DNA from: Candidatus Anaeroferrophillus wilburensis
GTDB taxonomy: Bacteria > Desulfobacterota > Anaeroferrophillalia > Anaeroferrophillales > Anaeroferrophillaceae
Direction: 5' to 3'
NCBI GenBank assembly: GCA_016934315.1
Contig: JAFGSY010000011.1
Location: 493 to 64,492 of the forward strand
DNA: 64,000 nucleotides
Shown: one piece after another, positions 10,492 through 18,487 of the stretch
How the letters are laid out: each line of letters opens with the position of its first letter
Numbering within the stretch: the first letter of the stretch is position 1
Notes under the pieces: generated by a model
What the model was told of the DNA's origin: nothing
What the model saw: the letters and a program-made list of their open reading frames with translations, nothing else
The model's database searches: none
Position numbers and translations under genes: made by a program

Positions 10492-11187
10492 TCAGTGATC
10501 CGAAAAATAGATGTTCCCGTAGTAGGAAGTTGCCTTTCCCTTGCTGTTGTCGGTGTCGGTCATCAAAGCAATGGCGTCGATGTAGCGAATATCCTTGGCG
10601 AACAACTTTTTGAAATCATCCTTCAGGTTGCGTTTTTCACCATACCAGGTTGCAGCTTTGTCTTCTGTCGACCGCAGGGCCAGCATCATGGCATTTGGGC
10701 CAGCAAAAGCGTTGGGCCAGAAATGATCTTTGGGGGAGCTGGCGGCCCAGACATAGTTGATTGCCAGAGTTTTCCAGAAGAGCAGGCCGCCGTCGACAAC
10801 CACATAGACCCTGGCGGCATAATCGTTGCCGGCCTTGCTTTGTTCATTGAGCGGCGGGAGGCGGTTTTCGATGCGCCACTGCCAGCTGAGGTAGGGGGTT
10901 TGCTCCAGATCAATCCTGACCTTTTTAAACAGTCCCGAAGCACTGGCCAGGCTCTCGGCTTTGAGGGCGGTGACTTCGTCAATGGGGCACAGCCGGTAGC
11001 TGGTGGTGCCGGAAAATACCTTGGTCTGCCAGCCGTCCAGCTGGCTGGCGGAAAAATGGCCGACGGTGACTTTTTCCGCATGGGCCAGGCTGGCGGCGCA
11101 GAGGCATAAGAGCAGTGTCAGGGTAAGGATCGGCCGGGCAGCCGATTGAACTGGCTTTGAAAAGAGGATGGTTGTTGTCTGAAACAC
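10492..11187 (-). CDS. DUF3047-like secreted protein
   Basis: Signal peptide (ARPILTLTLLLCLCAASLAHA) followed by a beta-rich domain. GTG 11187 is chosen as the start because the track's ATG at 11346 would overlap the upstream ATPase gene by 155 nt. Confidence 0.55.
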   Translation of the reverse strand: MFQTTTILFSKPVQSAARPILTLTLLLCLCAASLAHAEKVTVGHFSASQLDGWQTKVFSGTTSYRLCPIDEVTALKAESLASASGLFKKVRIDLEQTPYLSWQWRIENRLPPLNEQSKAGNDYAARVYVVVDGGLLFWKTLAINYVWAASSPKDHFWPNAFAGPNAMMLALRSTEDKAATWYGEKRNLKDDFKKLFAKDIRYIDAIALMTDTDNSKGKATSYYGNIYFSDH

Positions 11188-11191
11188 CGGG

Positions 11192-12079
11192 TCAGTAGCC
11201 CAGCATGCCGGCGATCTGCAGCAGCTTTTCCTGGTCGGAGACGTCGCCAACCAGTTCCGGAATGACCTTGATCGTTTCAGCTGTCCGGTCGGCCAGGCTT
11301 TTCTGCCAGCGCAGCTGGTTGTCCCGCTTGGCTTCGAGAAAAGCATTGTCCTGGCAGACTGCCGCCGGCAGCATTTTGTTCATGATGTAGCCGTTCAGGG
11401 AGATGCCGAATTCCTGCAGCGACCTGCCGATGAACAATGACTGCTCAACCGGCAGCCGTTCGGGATTGGTGACTACCCAGGCGGTGGCATCTGTGCGCAG
11501 CATGGTCATGACTTCTTCCGTCAACAGCCGCCAGTTTTGAATCAGCTCCAGAGGGTTGACCTGGTTGAGAACCCCTTTGACCTTCAGGTAGAGTTTCTGC
11601 GCCTGGGTCAGATGGGTGTAGAAGAGCTGCTGGACAAAGAGGAGATTGAGGGTGGTGGTAGTGGGGGCGGTATCCCAGATGATCATGTCATGGCTTCCCG
11701 ATTTGCAGAGCGTCAACACATAATCAAGCATAAACTCTTCGTCGATTCCCGGCGCCCCCTCGATATAGTCGATGATATCCCTGCCCACCGGCAGAAAGGA
11801 GGAGATGACCGTATAGATCTCATCAGCAAACTTTTCCCGCCAGAGCTTCAGGACAACATCGCGGGTCAGTTCCACCACGTCGAGATTATCGGCAACCGAG
11901 GTGATGCCGTGGGCGAAATCCCGGTGAAAAATTTCCTTCAGGGAGCCCGCCGGATCGGTGGAAACGATGACGGTCTTGCAGGTCTGGGCATAATGGAGGG
12001 CGGTGGCCACCGACATGGTGGTTTTACCAACGCCGCCCTTGCCGGTAAACATGATAATTTTAGTGTGCTGGCTAGCCAT
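11192..12079 (-). CDS. ArsA/GET3-family P-loop ATPase
   Basis: N-terminal deviant Walker A FTGKGGVGKTT, about 295 aa, single domain. Confidence 0.75.
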   Translation of the reverse strand: MASQHTKIIMFTGKGGVGKTTMSVATALHYAQTCKTVIVSTDPAGSLKEIFHRDFAHGITSVADNLDVVELTRDVVLKLWREKFADEIYTVISSFLPVGRDIIDYIEGAPGIDEEFMLDYVLTLCKSGSHDMIIWDTAPTTTTLNLLFVQQLFYTHLTQAQKLYLKVKGVLNQVNPLELIQNWRLLTEEVMTMLRTDATAWVVTNPERLPVEQSLFIGRSLQEFGISLNGYIMNKMLPAAVCQDNAFLEAKRDNQLRWQKSLADRTAETIKVIPELVGDVSDQEKLLQIAGMLGY

Positions 12080-12157
12080 TGCCTTTAATCCGTTTTGCGT
12101 TCGAGATGTGGCTACCGGCTTGTTTTCCCGGCCGCCACATCCCGGACAACAGAGATG

Positions 12158-12733
12158 TTAGTAGTTCTCTCCCAGCAGTTCAAAATGGGCCTGGGGATGG
12201 GCACAGGCGGGACATTCTTCCGGAGCGCCACTGCCTTCGTGGAGGTAGCCGCAGTTCCGGCATCGCCAGACAACCGCCTGATCCCGTTTGAAAACCCGGC
12301 CGGCGTCGATATTATTCATCAGATCAAGGTAGCGTTTCTCATGCTGTTTTTCGGCCACGGCAATGGCGGTAAAAATATCGGCGATTGCCGGGAACCCCTC
12401 TTCCCGGGCGATGACCGCAAACTCAGGATACATCACCAGATGTTCATGGTTTTCACCGGCGGCGGCATCCTTGAGATTGTCGATGGTGGAGCCGACAACG
12501 CCGGCGGGAAACGCGGCGGTCACTTCAACGTCGCCGCCTTCAAGGAGCTTGAAGAGCCGTTTGGCGTGCTCTTTCTCCTGGTTGGCGGTTTCCTCAAAAA
12601 TGGCGGAAATCTGAACATAGCCTTCTTTTTTCGCTTTGCTGGCGTAGTAAGTATAGCGGTTGCGGGCCTGGCTTTCGCCGGCAAAGGCGGTGAGAAGATT
12701 TTTTTCGGTTTGGGTTCCTTTCAGACTGCTCAT
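12158..12733 (-). CDS. rbr: rubrerythrin
   Basis: Ferritin-like di-iron E..H motifs plus a C-terminal rubredoxin domain CRNCGY...CPAC. Confidence 0.92.
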   Translation of the reverse strand: MSSLKGTQTEKNLLTAFAGESQARNRYTYYASKAKKEGYVQISAIFEETANQEKEHAKRLFKLLEGGDVEVTAAFPAGVVGSTIDNLKDAAAGENHEHLVMYPEFAVIAREEGFPAIADIFTAIAVAEKQHEKRYLDLMNNIDAGRVFKRDQAVVWRCRNCGYLHEGSGAPEECPACAHPQAHFELLGENY

Positions 12734-12887
12734 ATCAACCTCCTGTGGTCTTTTTATGTAAAGAGTTATGGATGGCGCAAGCCATGGTCATTCAATTAAT
12801 AGAGAATGCCTTCCTGAGCGTCAAGTGTTATTTTGGCCGGTGGGCACGCTGGTCATCCGGCGGCTGAAATTTCGTCCAACGCATAAA

Positions 12888-13015
12888 GCCGTCGGGATAT
12901 GGTTTCCGCTCATTCTCGCCAGCCATCCCTGGCTGGCTCCGAGGTGCCCGCCGCGAATCACCATCCAGGTGATTCGTCCGGCACCCAAAACCGCTCGAAA
13001 CCATATTCCGACGGC
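12888..13015 (+). other. structured inverted-repeat element (candidate ncRNA or MITE)
   Basis: A 19-bp closing helix (12888-12906 with 12997-13015), extendable to 21 bp, has one G·U on the + strand. It encloses perfect 8-bp hairpins at 12918-12937 and 12955-12975 plus a 6-bp internal stem 12943-12948/12980-12985. Confidence 0.35.
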
Positions 13016-13066
13016 TTCATTCAGTGCAGACAGGAGGTTTCGACCTGCCTGGCAGGCGTTTCGTGC

Positions 13067-13459
13067 TCAGACGGTGCCAAGATAGGCAATGCAGGAGATC
13101 TCCACCAGGGCTCCTTTCGGCAGCCGGGCGGCTTCGATGGCCTGGCGGGCCGGCTGCGGGTCTGTGGTGAAATAGCTGCCATATACCTCGTTCATGGCGG
13201 CGAAATCCTCCATGCTTTGGAGAAACACCTCTGTTTTGACCACCTGTGACAGCCCGGCGCCGGCGGCCTTCAGCACTGCCTGCAGGTTTTCCAGCACCTG
13301 CCGGGTCTGTTCCTGGATGCCGCCTGCCACCAGCCGGCCGCCGGCTGGATCCATCGGAATCTGGCCGGCCAGAAAGAGAAAATCACCGGCCCGGATGCCC
13401 TGGGAATAGGGCCCGATAGCCTGGGGGGCGCTGCTGGTTGCTATCCTGCTGATTGTCAT
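13067..13459 (-). CDS. ridA: RidA/YjgF-family reactive-intermediate deaminase
   Basis: 130 aa with the typical RidA core (GPYSQ...AGDFLFLAGQIP...KTEVFL). Confidence 0.88.
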   Translation of the reverse strand: MTISRIATSSAPQAIGPYSQGIRAGDFLFLAGQIPMDPAGGRLVAGGIQEQTRQVLENLQAVLKAAGAGLSQVVKTEVFLQSMEDFAAMNEVYGSYFTTDPQPARQAIEAARLPKGALVEISCIAYLGTV

Positions 13460-13586
13460 TCTGTCTGCCTCCTCTTTTCATTTTCAATCTCTTTTTCTTC
13501 AGCCTTTAACCTTTAACCTCGATCCACATACCATAAATTCCATCCCCCGGCTTGATTATTTATCCGGCATCCATTATACCGTAAGG

Positions 13587-15185
13587 ATGAATTATCAGTC
13601 TCTGATTCCTTATTTGGCGCCACCATTGGTGGGGGCGGCTATCGGTTATTTTACCAACTACCTTGCCATCCGTATGCTGTTTCGGCCGCTGGAGCAGAAG
13701 AAGTTTTGTGGCATCCCGGTTCCCATGACCCCCGGGATTATCCCCGCCAAGCGGAAAGAACTGGCCACCAATATCGGCCGCATGATCGGTGATCACCTGC
13801 TGACCCATGAGGTGATTGTTTCCCGGCTGCAGCGCCGCGATTTTCAGGATGGCATCTATCTGGCCATAGCCCGGCGTTTTCAGGATGTTTTTGAACAGGA
13901 CTTGGGGACCCTCAGCTCGCTCTTCCCGGCTGATTTTCACGGGGATATGGAGCACCTGGTGGACCGCAGCCGCCATTACCTCTATGGTATGGTCGATCAG
14001 CTGGTTGAGCATCCAGCCACTGACCGGCTGGTTGATGATTTCGTCCGGCAGTTAGGCGACCAGCTGCTGGCGGCCAACCTATCGTCGATCATTGATGTAG
14101 ATGCCTATGCCCGTTTTCGTCTGCGTCTGCGGGATGGGTGTGGCAACTGGCTGCGGTCGGACGCTGTCAAAGGCTGGGTCGCCAAAGAATTCGATCAGGG
14201 TTTTTCCCGTCTGCTGGCGACGTCCAAACCCCTGGCCCAGGTTATTCCGAGTGATCTGCGCGAACTGCTGATTGGACAGTTGAAACAGGAACTTCCCGGA
14301 CTGATGGCCAGCCTGAGCCGGCTGCTCTATGATCCCAATATCCGCCAACGGATTAAAAACCGGATCCACCAGGCCATCGATGCCTATGTGAGCAAAATGG
14401 GCTTCTGGAAAAAGTTGCTGGCCAGCTGGGCTTTACAGGAGGACCTACTGGCCAGAAAAATTGATGAGCTGGTAGATGTGGCTGGCGAAGATATTGCCGC
14501 GGCCCTCCAGCAGCCGCAGGTGCAGGAAAAGGTGATGCAGCTGATTGCCGATCGTTTTGATGCTTTTCTGCAGATACCGGTCAATGAGTTGGCAAAGAAA
14601 GTCTCTTATCAGAAGCTGGCGGGCATACGGGACTATCTCAAGGGGAAGTTTCTTGATCTTCTTGGCCGCCAGGAAACGACTGAGCGCTGCTTCACCCTTT
14701 TTGAGCAGCTGCTGATGACTATCCGCGACCGGTCTTTTTCGCAGCTGGCCGAGGCTGTTGGATTTGAAGGGGTTTCGGCGGCGATGGGCTCCCGGATTGG
14801 TGCGCGACTGATTGCCGAGCTGCGTTCATCCCAAGTCAAACGCCACCTGACCAACCATTTCCATGAACTGGTGTGTAACTATTTCTACCAGACGCCGATT
14901 GGCAAACTTTCACTGAAGATTCCCTATGAGGTGCTGGAGCGGGGAATTGCCTTTACCCACCGGAAAGCCTGCAACCTGATGGAAACGGAGCTGCCCAACC
15001 TGACTGACCGGATAGACATTCCGGCCATGGTTGAGGAGCGGATCAACGCCCTGCCGGTTTTACAGGTGGAGGCCCTGCTGATGGATATCATGCGGGAGCA
15101 CTTCACTTATATAAATATATTTGGTGGTGTCCTGGGGGCCATGATCGGCGGCTTCCAGGTTGTTTTTATGCGTTTTTTCTATTGA
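13587..15185 (+). CDS. DUF445-family membrane-associated protein
   Basis: N-terminal TM helix followed by a long alpha-helical domain typical of the DUF445/YjiN-like family. Confidence 0.6.
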   Translation: MNYQSLIPYLAPPLVGAAIGYFTNYLAIRMLFRPLEQKKFCGIPVPMTPGIIPAKRKELATNIGRMIGDHLLTHEVIVSRLQRRDFQDGIYLAIARRFQDVFEQDLGTLSSLFPADFHGDMEHLVDRSRHYLYGMVDQLVEHPATDRLVDDFVRQLGDQLLAANLSSIIDVDAYARFRLRLRDGCGNWLRSDAVKGWVAKEFDQGFSRLLATSKPLAQVIPSDLRELLIGQLKQELPGLMASLSRLLYDPNIRQRIKNRIHQAIDAYVSKMGFWKKLLASWALQEDLLARKIDELVDVAGEDIAAALQQPQVQEKVMQLIADRFDAFLQIPVNELAKKVSYQKLAGIRDYLKGKFLDLLGRQETTERCFTLFEQLLMTIRDRSFSQLAEAVGFEGVSAAMGSRIGARLIAELRSSQVKRHLTNHFHELVCNYFYQTPIGKLSLKIPYEVLERGIAFTHRKACNLMETELPNLTDRIDIPAMVEERINALPVLQVEALLMDIMREHFTYINIFGGVLGAMIGGFQVVFMRFFY

Positions 15186-15204
15186 GAACGGGAGCGTGCC
15201 CCTT

Positions 15205-15984
15205 TTAAGGAGCGGCGGTAAAAGTCTGAAGGTTGTGTTCGATTGTTTTACGGGCCTGCTCAGCCAGGGGAGCGATATCTGCAGGCTTGGCATAATCCGG
15301 CGGCATGAGGGGTGCATCGATCTTCAGAGTGATGCTTCCCGGTTTAATGGCCATCGCCCCTTTGGGCTGCAGTTCCCCGGCCCCGACAATGGTTACCGGC
15401 AGGATGGGCAGGCCCAGCTGAGCTGCCAGAATAAAGGCGCCTTTCTTGAAATTGCCGAGTTCTTTTCTGCCGGTTGATCTGGTGCCTTCGGGGAAAACCA
15501 CGATGGAGAGCCCCTTTTCTTTGAGCAACTTACCCCGCTGACGCATGGTGGCGATGGCCTGCTCCCGGTTTTGCCGGTCAATGACGATGCTGTCGCTGTA
15601 GCGCAGGAGTAGACCAAACACCGGGATTTTGGTAAGTTCTTTTTTGGCGACCATTCGACAGTGCAGGCCGGAAGCGGTCAGTAGAATGTAGATGTCGAGG
15701 AAACTGCGATGGTTGGCGATAACCATATACTGGGTGCCGGGTTTCAGGTTTTCGCTGCCGACAACCCGCACACTGATGCCGCTGCCCCTGAGAATCCATG
15801 TTCCCCAGTAATGGGCGCAGAGATTGTGTCCTTTCAGTTTCCAGGCCGGGGGGAGAAGACAGAAAAGGAGGCCCAGGGTGGACCAGAGCAGGGTGCTGAT
15901 TCCCACCAGGAGATTCGAATAGGTGCCGAGTACAAGTTTTTTCAGTAGCTTCATGGAGGTTCCGTGGTAGTTTATTGGTGCCAA
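15205..15984 (-). CDS. plsC: 1-acyl-sn-glycerol-3-phosphate acyltransferase
   Basis: HX4D motif (NHRSFLD) and FPEGTRS motif, with an N-terminal TM helix. Confidence 0.85.
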   Translation of the reverse strand: MAPINYHGTSMKLLKKLVLGTYSNLLVGISTLLWSTLGLLFCLLPPAWKLKGHNLCAHYWGTWILRGSGISVRVVGSENLKPGTQYMVIANHRSFLDIYILLTASGLHCRMVAKKELTKIPVFGLLLRYSDSIVIDRQNREQAIATMRQRGKLLKEKGLSIVVFPEGTRSTGRKELGNFKKGAFILAAQLGLPILPVTIVGAGELQPKGAMAIKPGSITLKIDAPLMPPDYAKPADIAPLAEQARKTIEHNLQTFTAAP

Positions 15985-16095
15985 CTGTTGTCTATACCGT
16001 GAGCTGTTGCATATTGAAAGAAAAAACTTGCTTTTCGTGAATAATAGTGGTAGCTTCCTCTCGTTAATTGGGCTCAGACATGCGGAGTTTTCTCA

Positions 16096-16134
16096 AAGTG
16101 GGCTAGGACTGGCCCACTTTTTTTTTCTTTTTCG
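16096..16134 (+). terminator. intrinsic-terminator-like hairpin immediately upstream of rimP
   Basis: AAGTGGGC-(taggactg)-GCCCACTT followed by TTTTTTTTTCTTTTT. No + strand CDS lies within 900 nt upstream. Confidence 0.5.
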
Positions 16135-16151
16135 CCATGGTTGAACATTGA

Positions 16152-16721
16152 TTGCCCATCCGCTGCTTCGGCATTCCGGATGGCAACGGGAAAGGAATTG
16201 GAACACTGGGCGTCCCAGAAAAGAGAATAGCGCAGGCGTTGGAGAGTATCAGTTTGCTGAGCGGAGAGTTGCTCGAATCCCTTGGCTATGAGCTGGTGGA
16301 CCTCGAGTACGTGACCTCCGGCTCCCGCGGAATTTTGCGGCTTTATATTGATCAGCCGGGTGGGGTTACCCTTGGTGACTGTGCAACGGTCAGCCGGCAG
16401 CTGGGGGCCCTGCTGGAAGTTGAGGATGTCGTGCCCTTCAGCTATATTCTTGAGGTGTCATCCCCGGGGTTGAATCGGCCCCTGAAACGGGCCAAGGATT
16501 TTCTTGCCCATTACGGTCGAAAAATTAAGATTAAAACGAAAGTGCCGGTTGAGGGGCGCCGGCGATTTATTGGCACATTGCAGGAATATGACCAGGAGAA
16601 TAATCGCCTGGTGCTGGCTGCGGATGACGGGTGTCATACACTTGAAGTAGCTAATTTCAGCAAATGTAATCTGGTGTATGAATTTCCAGAGGCGGGTAAA
16701 ACAAAAACAGGTAGGGGATAG
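16152..16721 (+). CDS. rimP: ribosome maturation factor RimP (start uncertain)
   Basis: RimP-like core (LESLGYELVDLEY...LRLYID...VSSPGLNRPL) in its conserved position before nusA. The true start may lie downstream of 16152. Confidence 0.8.
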   Translation: MPIRCFGIPDGNGKGIGTLGVPEKRIAQALESISLLSGELLESLGYELVDLEYVTSGSRGILRLYIDQPGGVTLGDCATVSRQLGALLEVEDVVPFSYILEVSSPGLNRPLKRAKDFLAHYGRKIKIKTKVPVEGRRRFIGTLQEYDQENNRLVLAADDGCHTLEVANFSKCNLVYEFPEAGKTKTGRG

Positions 16722-16725
16722 GTTT

Positions 16726-18141
16726 ATGTCTTCCAGTTTGAAATTTATTCTTGATCAGGTCAGCAAGGAAAAGGGTATTCCCAAAGAGATCCTGATTGAG
16801 GCCATTGAATCTGCCATGGTGACTGCTTCCCGTAAGAAGCTGGGCCAGGGGAGAGATATTGAAGCCAGTTTCAACGAAGAGAGCGGTGAAGTCGAGCTGT
16901 TTGAGTTTGTTGAAGTGGTTGAAAATCCAGAGAATTCCTATACTGACATCTCGCTGGAAGAAGCCAGGGAGTTTGATCCTGACGCTGAGTATGGTGACAG
17001 CTTGGGGCTGAAACTGGATACGTCTGAATTTGGCCGCATTGCCGCCCAGACTGCCAAACAGGTCATCATGCAGAAGATCAGAGAGGCGGAGCGGGAAAGT
17101 ATTTTTGAAGAGTTTCATGAACGGATTGGTGAAATTGTCAGCGGTACCGTTCAGCGGATGGAGCGGGGCAACCTGATTGTTAATCTCGGCAAGACCGAGG
17201 CCATCCTGCCTCGGGCGGAAACCATTCCCCGGGAAACGTTTCGCCAGGGTGAACGGGTGCGGGCGCTGCTTCTGGATGTTGAAATGACCGTCAAGGGACC
17301 GAAAATTGTCCTTTCCCGGACGCACCCTAAATTTCTGATTAAATTATTTGACGCTGAAGTGCCGGAAATCTTTGAAGGGATTATCACTGTCCAGGGTGCC
17401 GCCCGTGAACCCGGCATACGGGCAAAAATTGCCGTTTTTACCAATGATCATGATGTGGATCCGGTGGGTGCCTGCGTCGGGGTTCGCGGGTCCCGGGTGC
17501 AGAATGTCGTCCAGGAGCTGAAGGGTGAGAAGATTGATATTATCCGCTGGAATCCGGATGATGTCCGTTATGTCTGCAATGCCGTATCGCCGGCCCAGAT
17601 CAGCAAGATTATTCTCGATGAGAACAATCAGGCGATGGAGATTATCGTTCCCGATGATCAGCTTTCGCTGGCTATCGGGCGAAAAGGGTTGAATATTCGT
17701 TTGGCTGCCAAGCTGACCGGCTGGCATCTTGATGTAAAATCCGTTTCAAAAGTAGCTGGTGATTTTGAGCGGCTCTATGAATCGTTGCAGGAGGTTGAAG
17801 GCCTTGATAATGTGACCATGGAGCTGCTTTATGATAATGGTTATCGGCAGCTGGAAGACCTTGTTGCCGCTTCCCCGGAGGAGCTGGAAGAGGTGATTGG
17901 TACCGATGGGGCTGATGCCAAGCAGCTGGTTGCCTGCGCCCAGCGGGCCATAGAGCAGGCCCGCCTGGCGGCTGAACAGCAACGGGAGGAAGAACAGGCG
18001 GCGGCTGAAGCTGCCCTGGAGGTTTCTGAAACTGCTGGTGCCGTTGGTAATCAGGATCCTGTTGCCGATGCCGAGAGTGGTGCAGAGATATCTGCAGAGG
18101 GCGAAGCGGATGTTTTGCCAGCCGAGGGTGATGAACGGTAA
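16726..18141 (+). CDS. nusA: transcription termination/antitermination factor NusA
   Basis: ATG 16726 is preceded by GTAGGGGA. It has S1 and tandem KH domains and an acidic C-terminal repeat region. Confidence 0.93.
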   Translation: MSSSLKFILDQVSKEKGIPKEILIEAIESAMVTASRKKLGQGRDIEASFNEESGEVELFEFVEVVENPENSYTDISLEEAREFDPDAEYGDSLGLKLDTSEFGRIAAQTAKQVIMQKIREAERESIFEEFHERIGEIVSGTVQRMERGNLIVNLGKTEAILPRAETIPRETFRQGERVRALLLDVEMTVKGPKIVLSRTHPKFLIKLFDAEVPEIFEGIITVQGAAREPGIRAKIAVFTNDHDVDPVGACVGVRGSRVQNVVQELKGEKIDIIRWNPDDVRYVCNAVSPAQISKIILDENNQAMEIIVPDDQLSLAIGRKGLNIRLAAKLTGWHLDVKSVSKVAGDFERLYESLQEVEGLDNVTMELLYDNGYRQLEDLVAASPEELEEVIGTDGADAKQLVACAQRAIEQARLAAEQQREEEQAAAEAALEVSETAGAVGNQDPVADAESGAEISAEGEADVLPAEGDER

Positions 18142-18417
18142 ATGGCGGTGCATAGCGCAGAGCGAACCTGCCTGATCTGCCGTCGGCGAAAACTAAAAGC
18201 CGAGCTTTGCCGTTTTGTCCGCAGTGCTGATGGCCAGCTGATCTATGATCCTGCAGCGCGGGCTTCGGGACGGGGATTTTATTTGTGTTGTTCCGCTGCG
18301 TGCATCGGCAGTTTTGTTAAAAAAACTCAGCACAAGTCGTTGACCAGGTTTCACCTGCGGGGTTTTACCCCCGAAAGTATTCATCTTTTATGTAACAGCC
18401 ACCTGTTGGAGCAGTAA
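18142..18417 (+). CDS. ylxR: YlxR/DUF448 family RNA-binding protein
   Basis: CLICRRRK...GRGFYLC motif, in its conserved position between nusA and infB. Confidence 0.8.
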   Translation: MAVHSAERTCLICRRRKLKAELCRFVRSADGQLIYDPAARASGRGFYLCCSAACIGSFVKKTQHKSLTRFHLRGFTPESIHLLCNSHLLEQ

Positions 18418-18487
18418 CCAACTTGTTGACAGCAGACAATACCTATCCATGTAGTTCAGCATCTTCCGGTGAAAGGGGTGACGCGTT

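Noticed and set aside
10495-11109. 204-aa + strand ORF
   Set aside because: It is entirely antisense to the DUF3047 gene, Gly/Ala-rich, and has no start context.
11187-11346. Upstream ATG extension of the DUF3047 gene overlapping the ArsA-like gene by 155 nt
   Set aside because: The signal peptide begins right after in-frame GTG 11187, which sits 4 nt past the upstream stop. The longer form would bury the signal peptide internally.
12095-12799. 234-aa + strand ORF
   Set aside because: It is antisense to rubrerythrin, which has unmistakable motifs.
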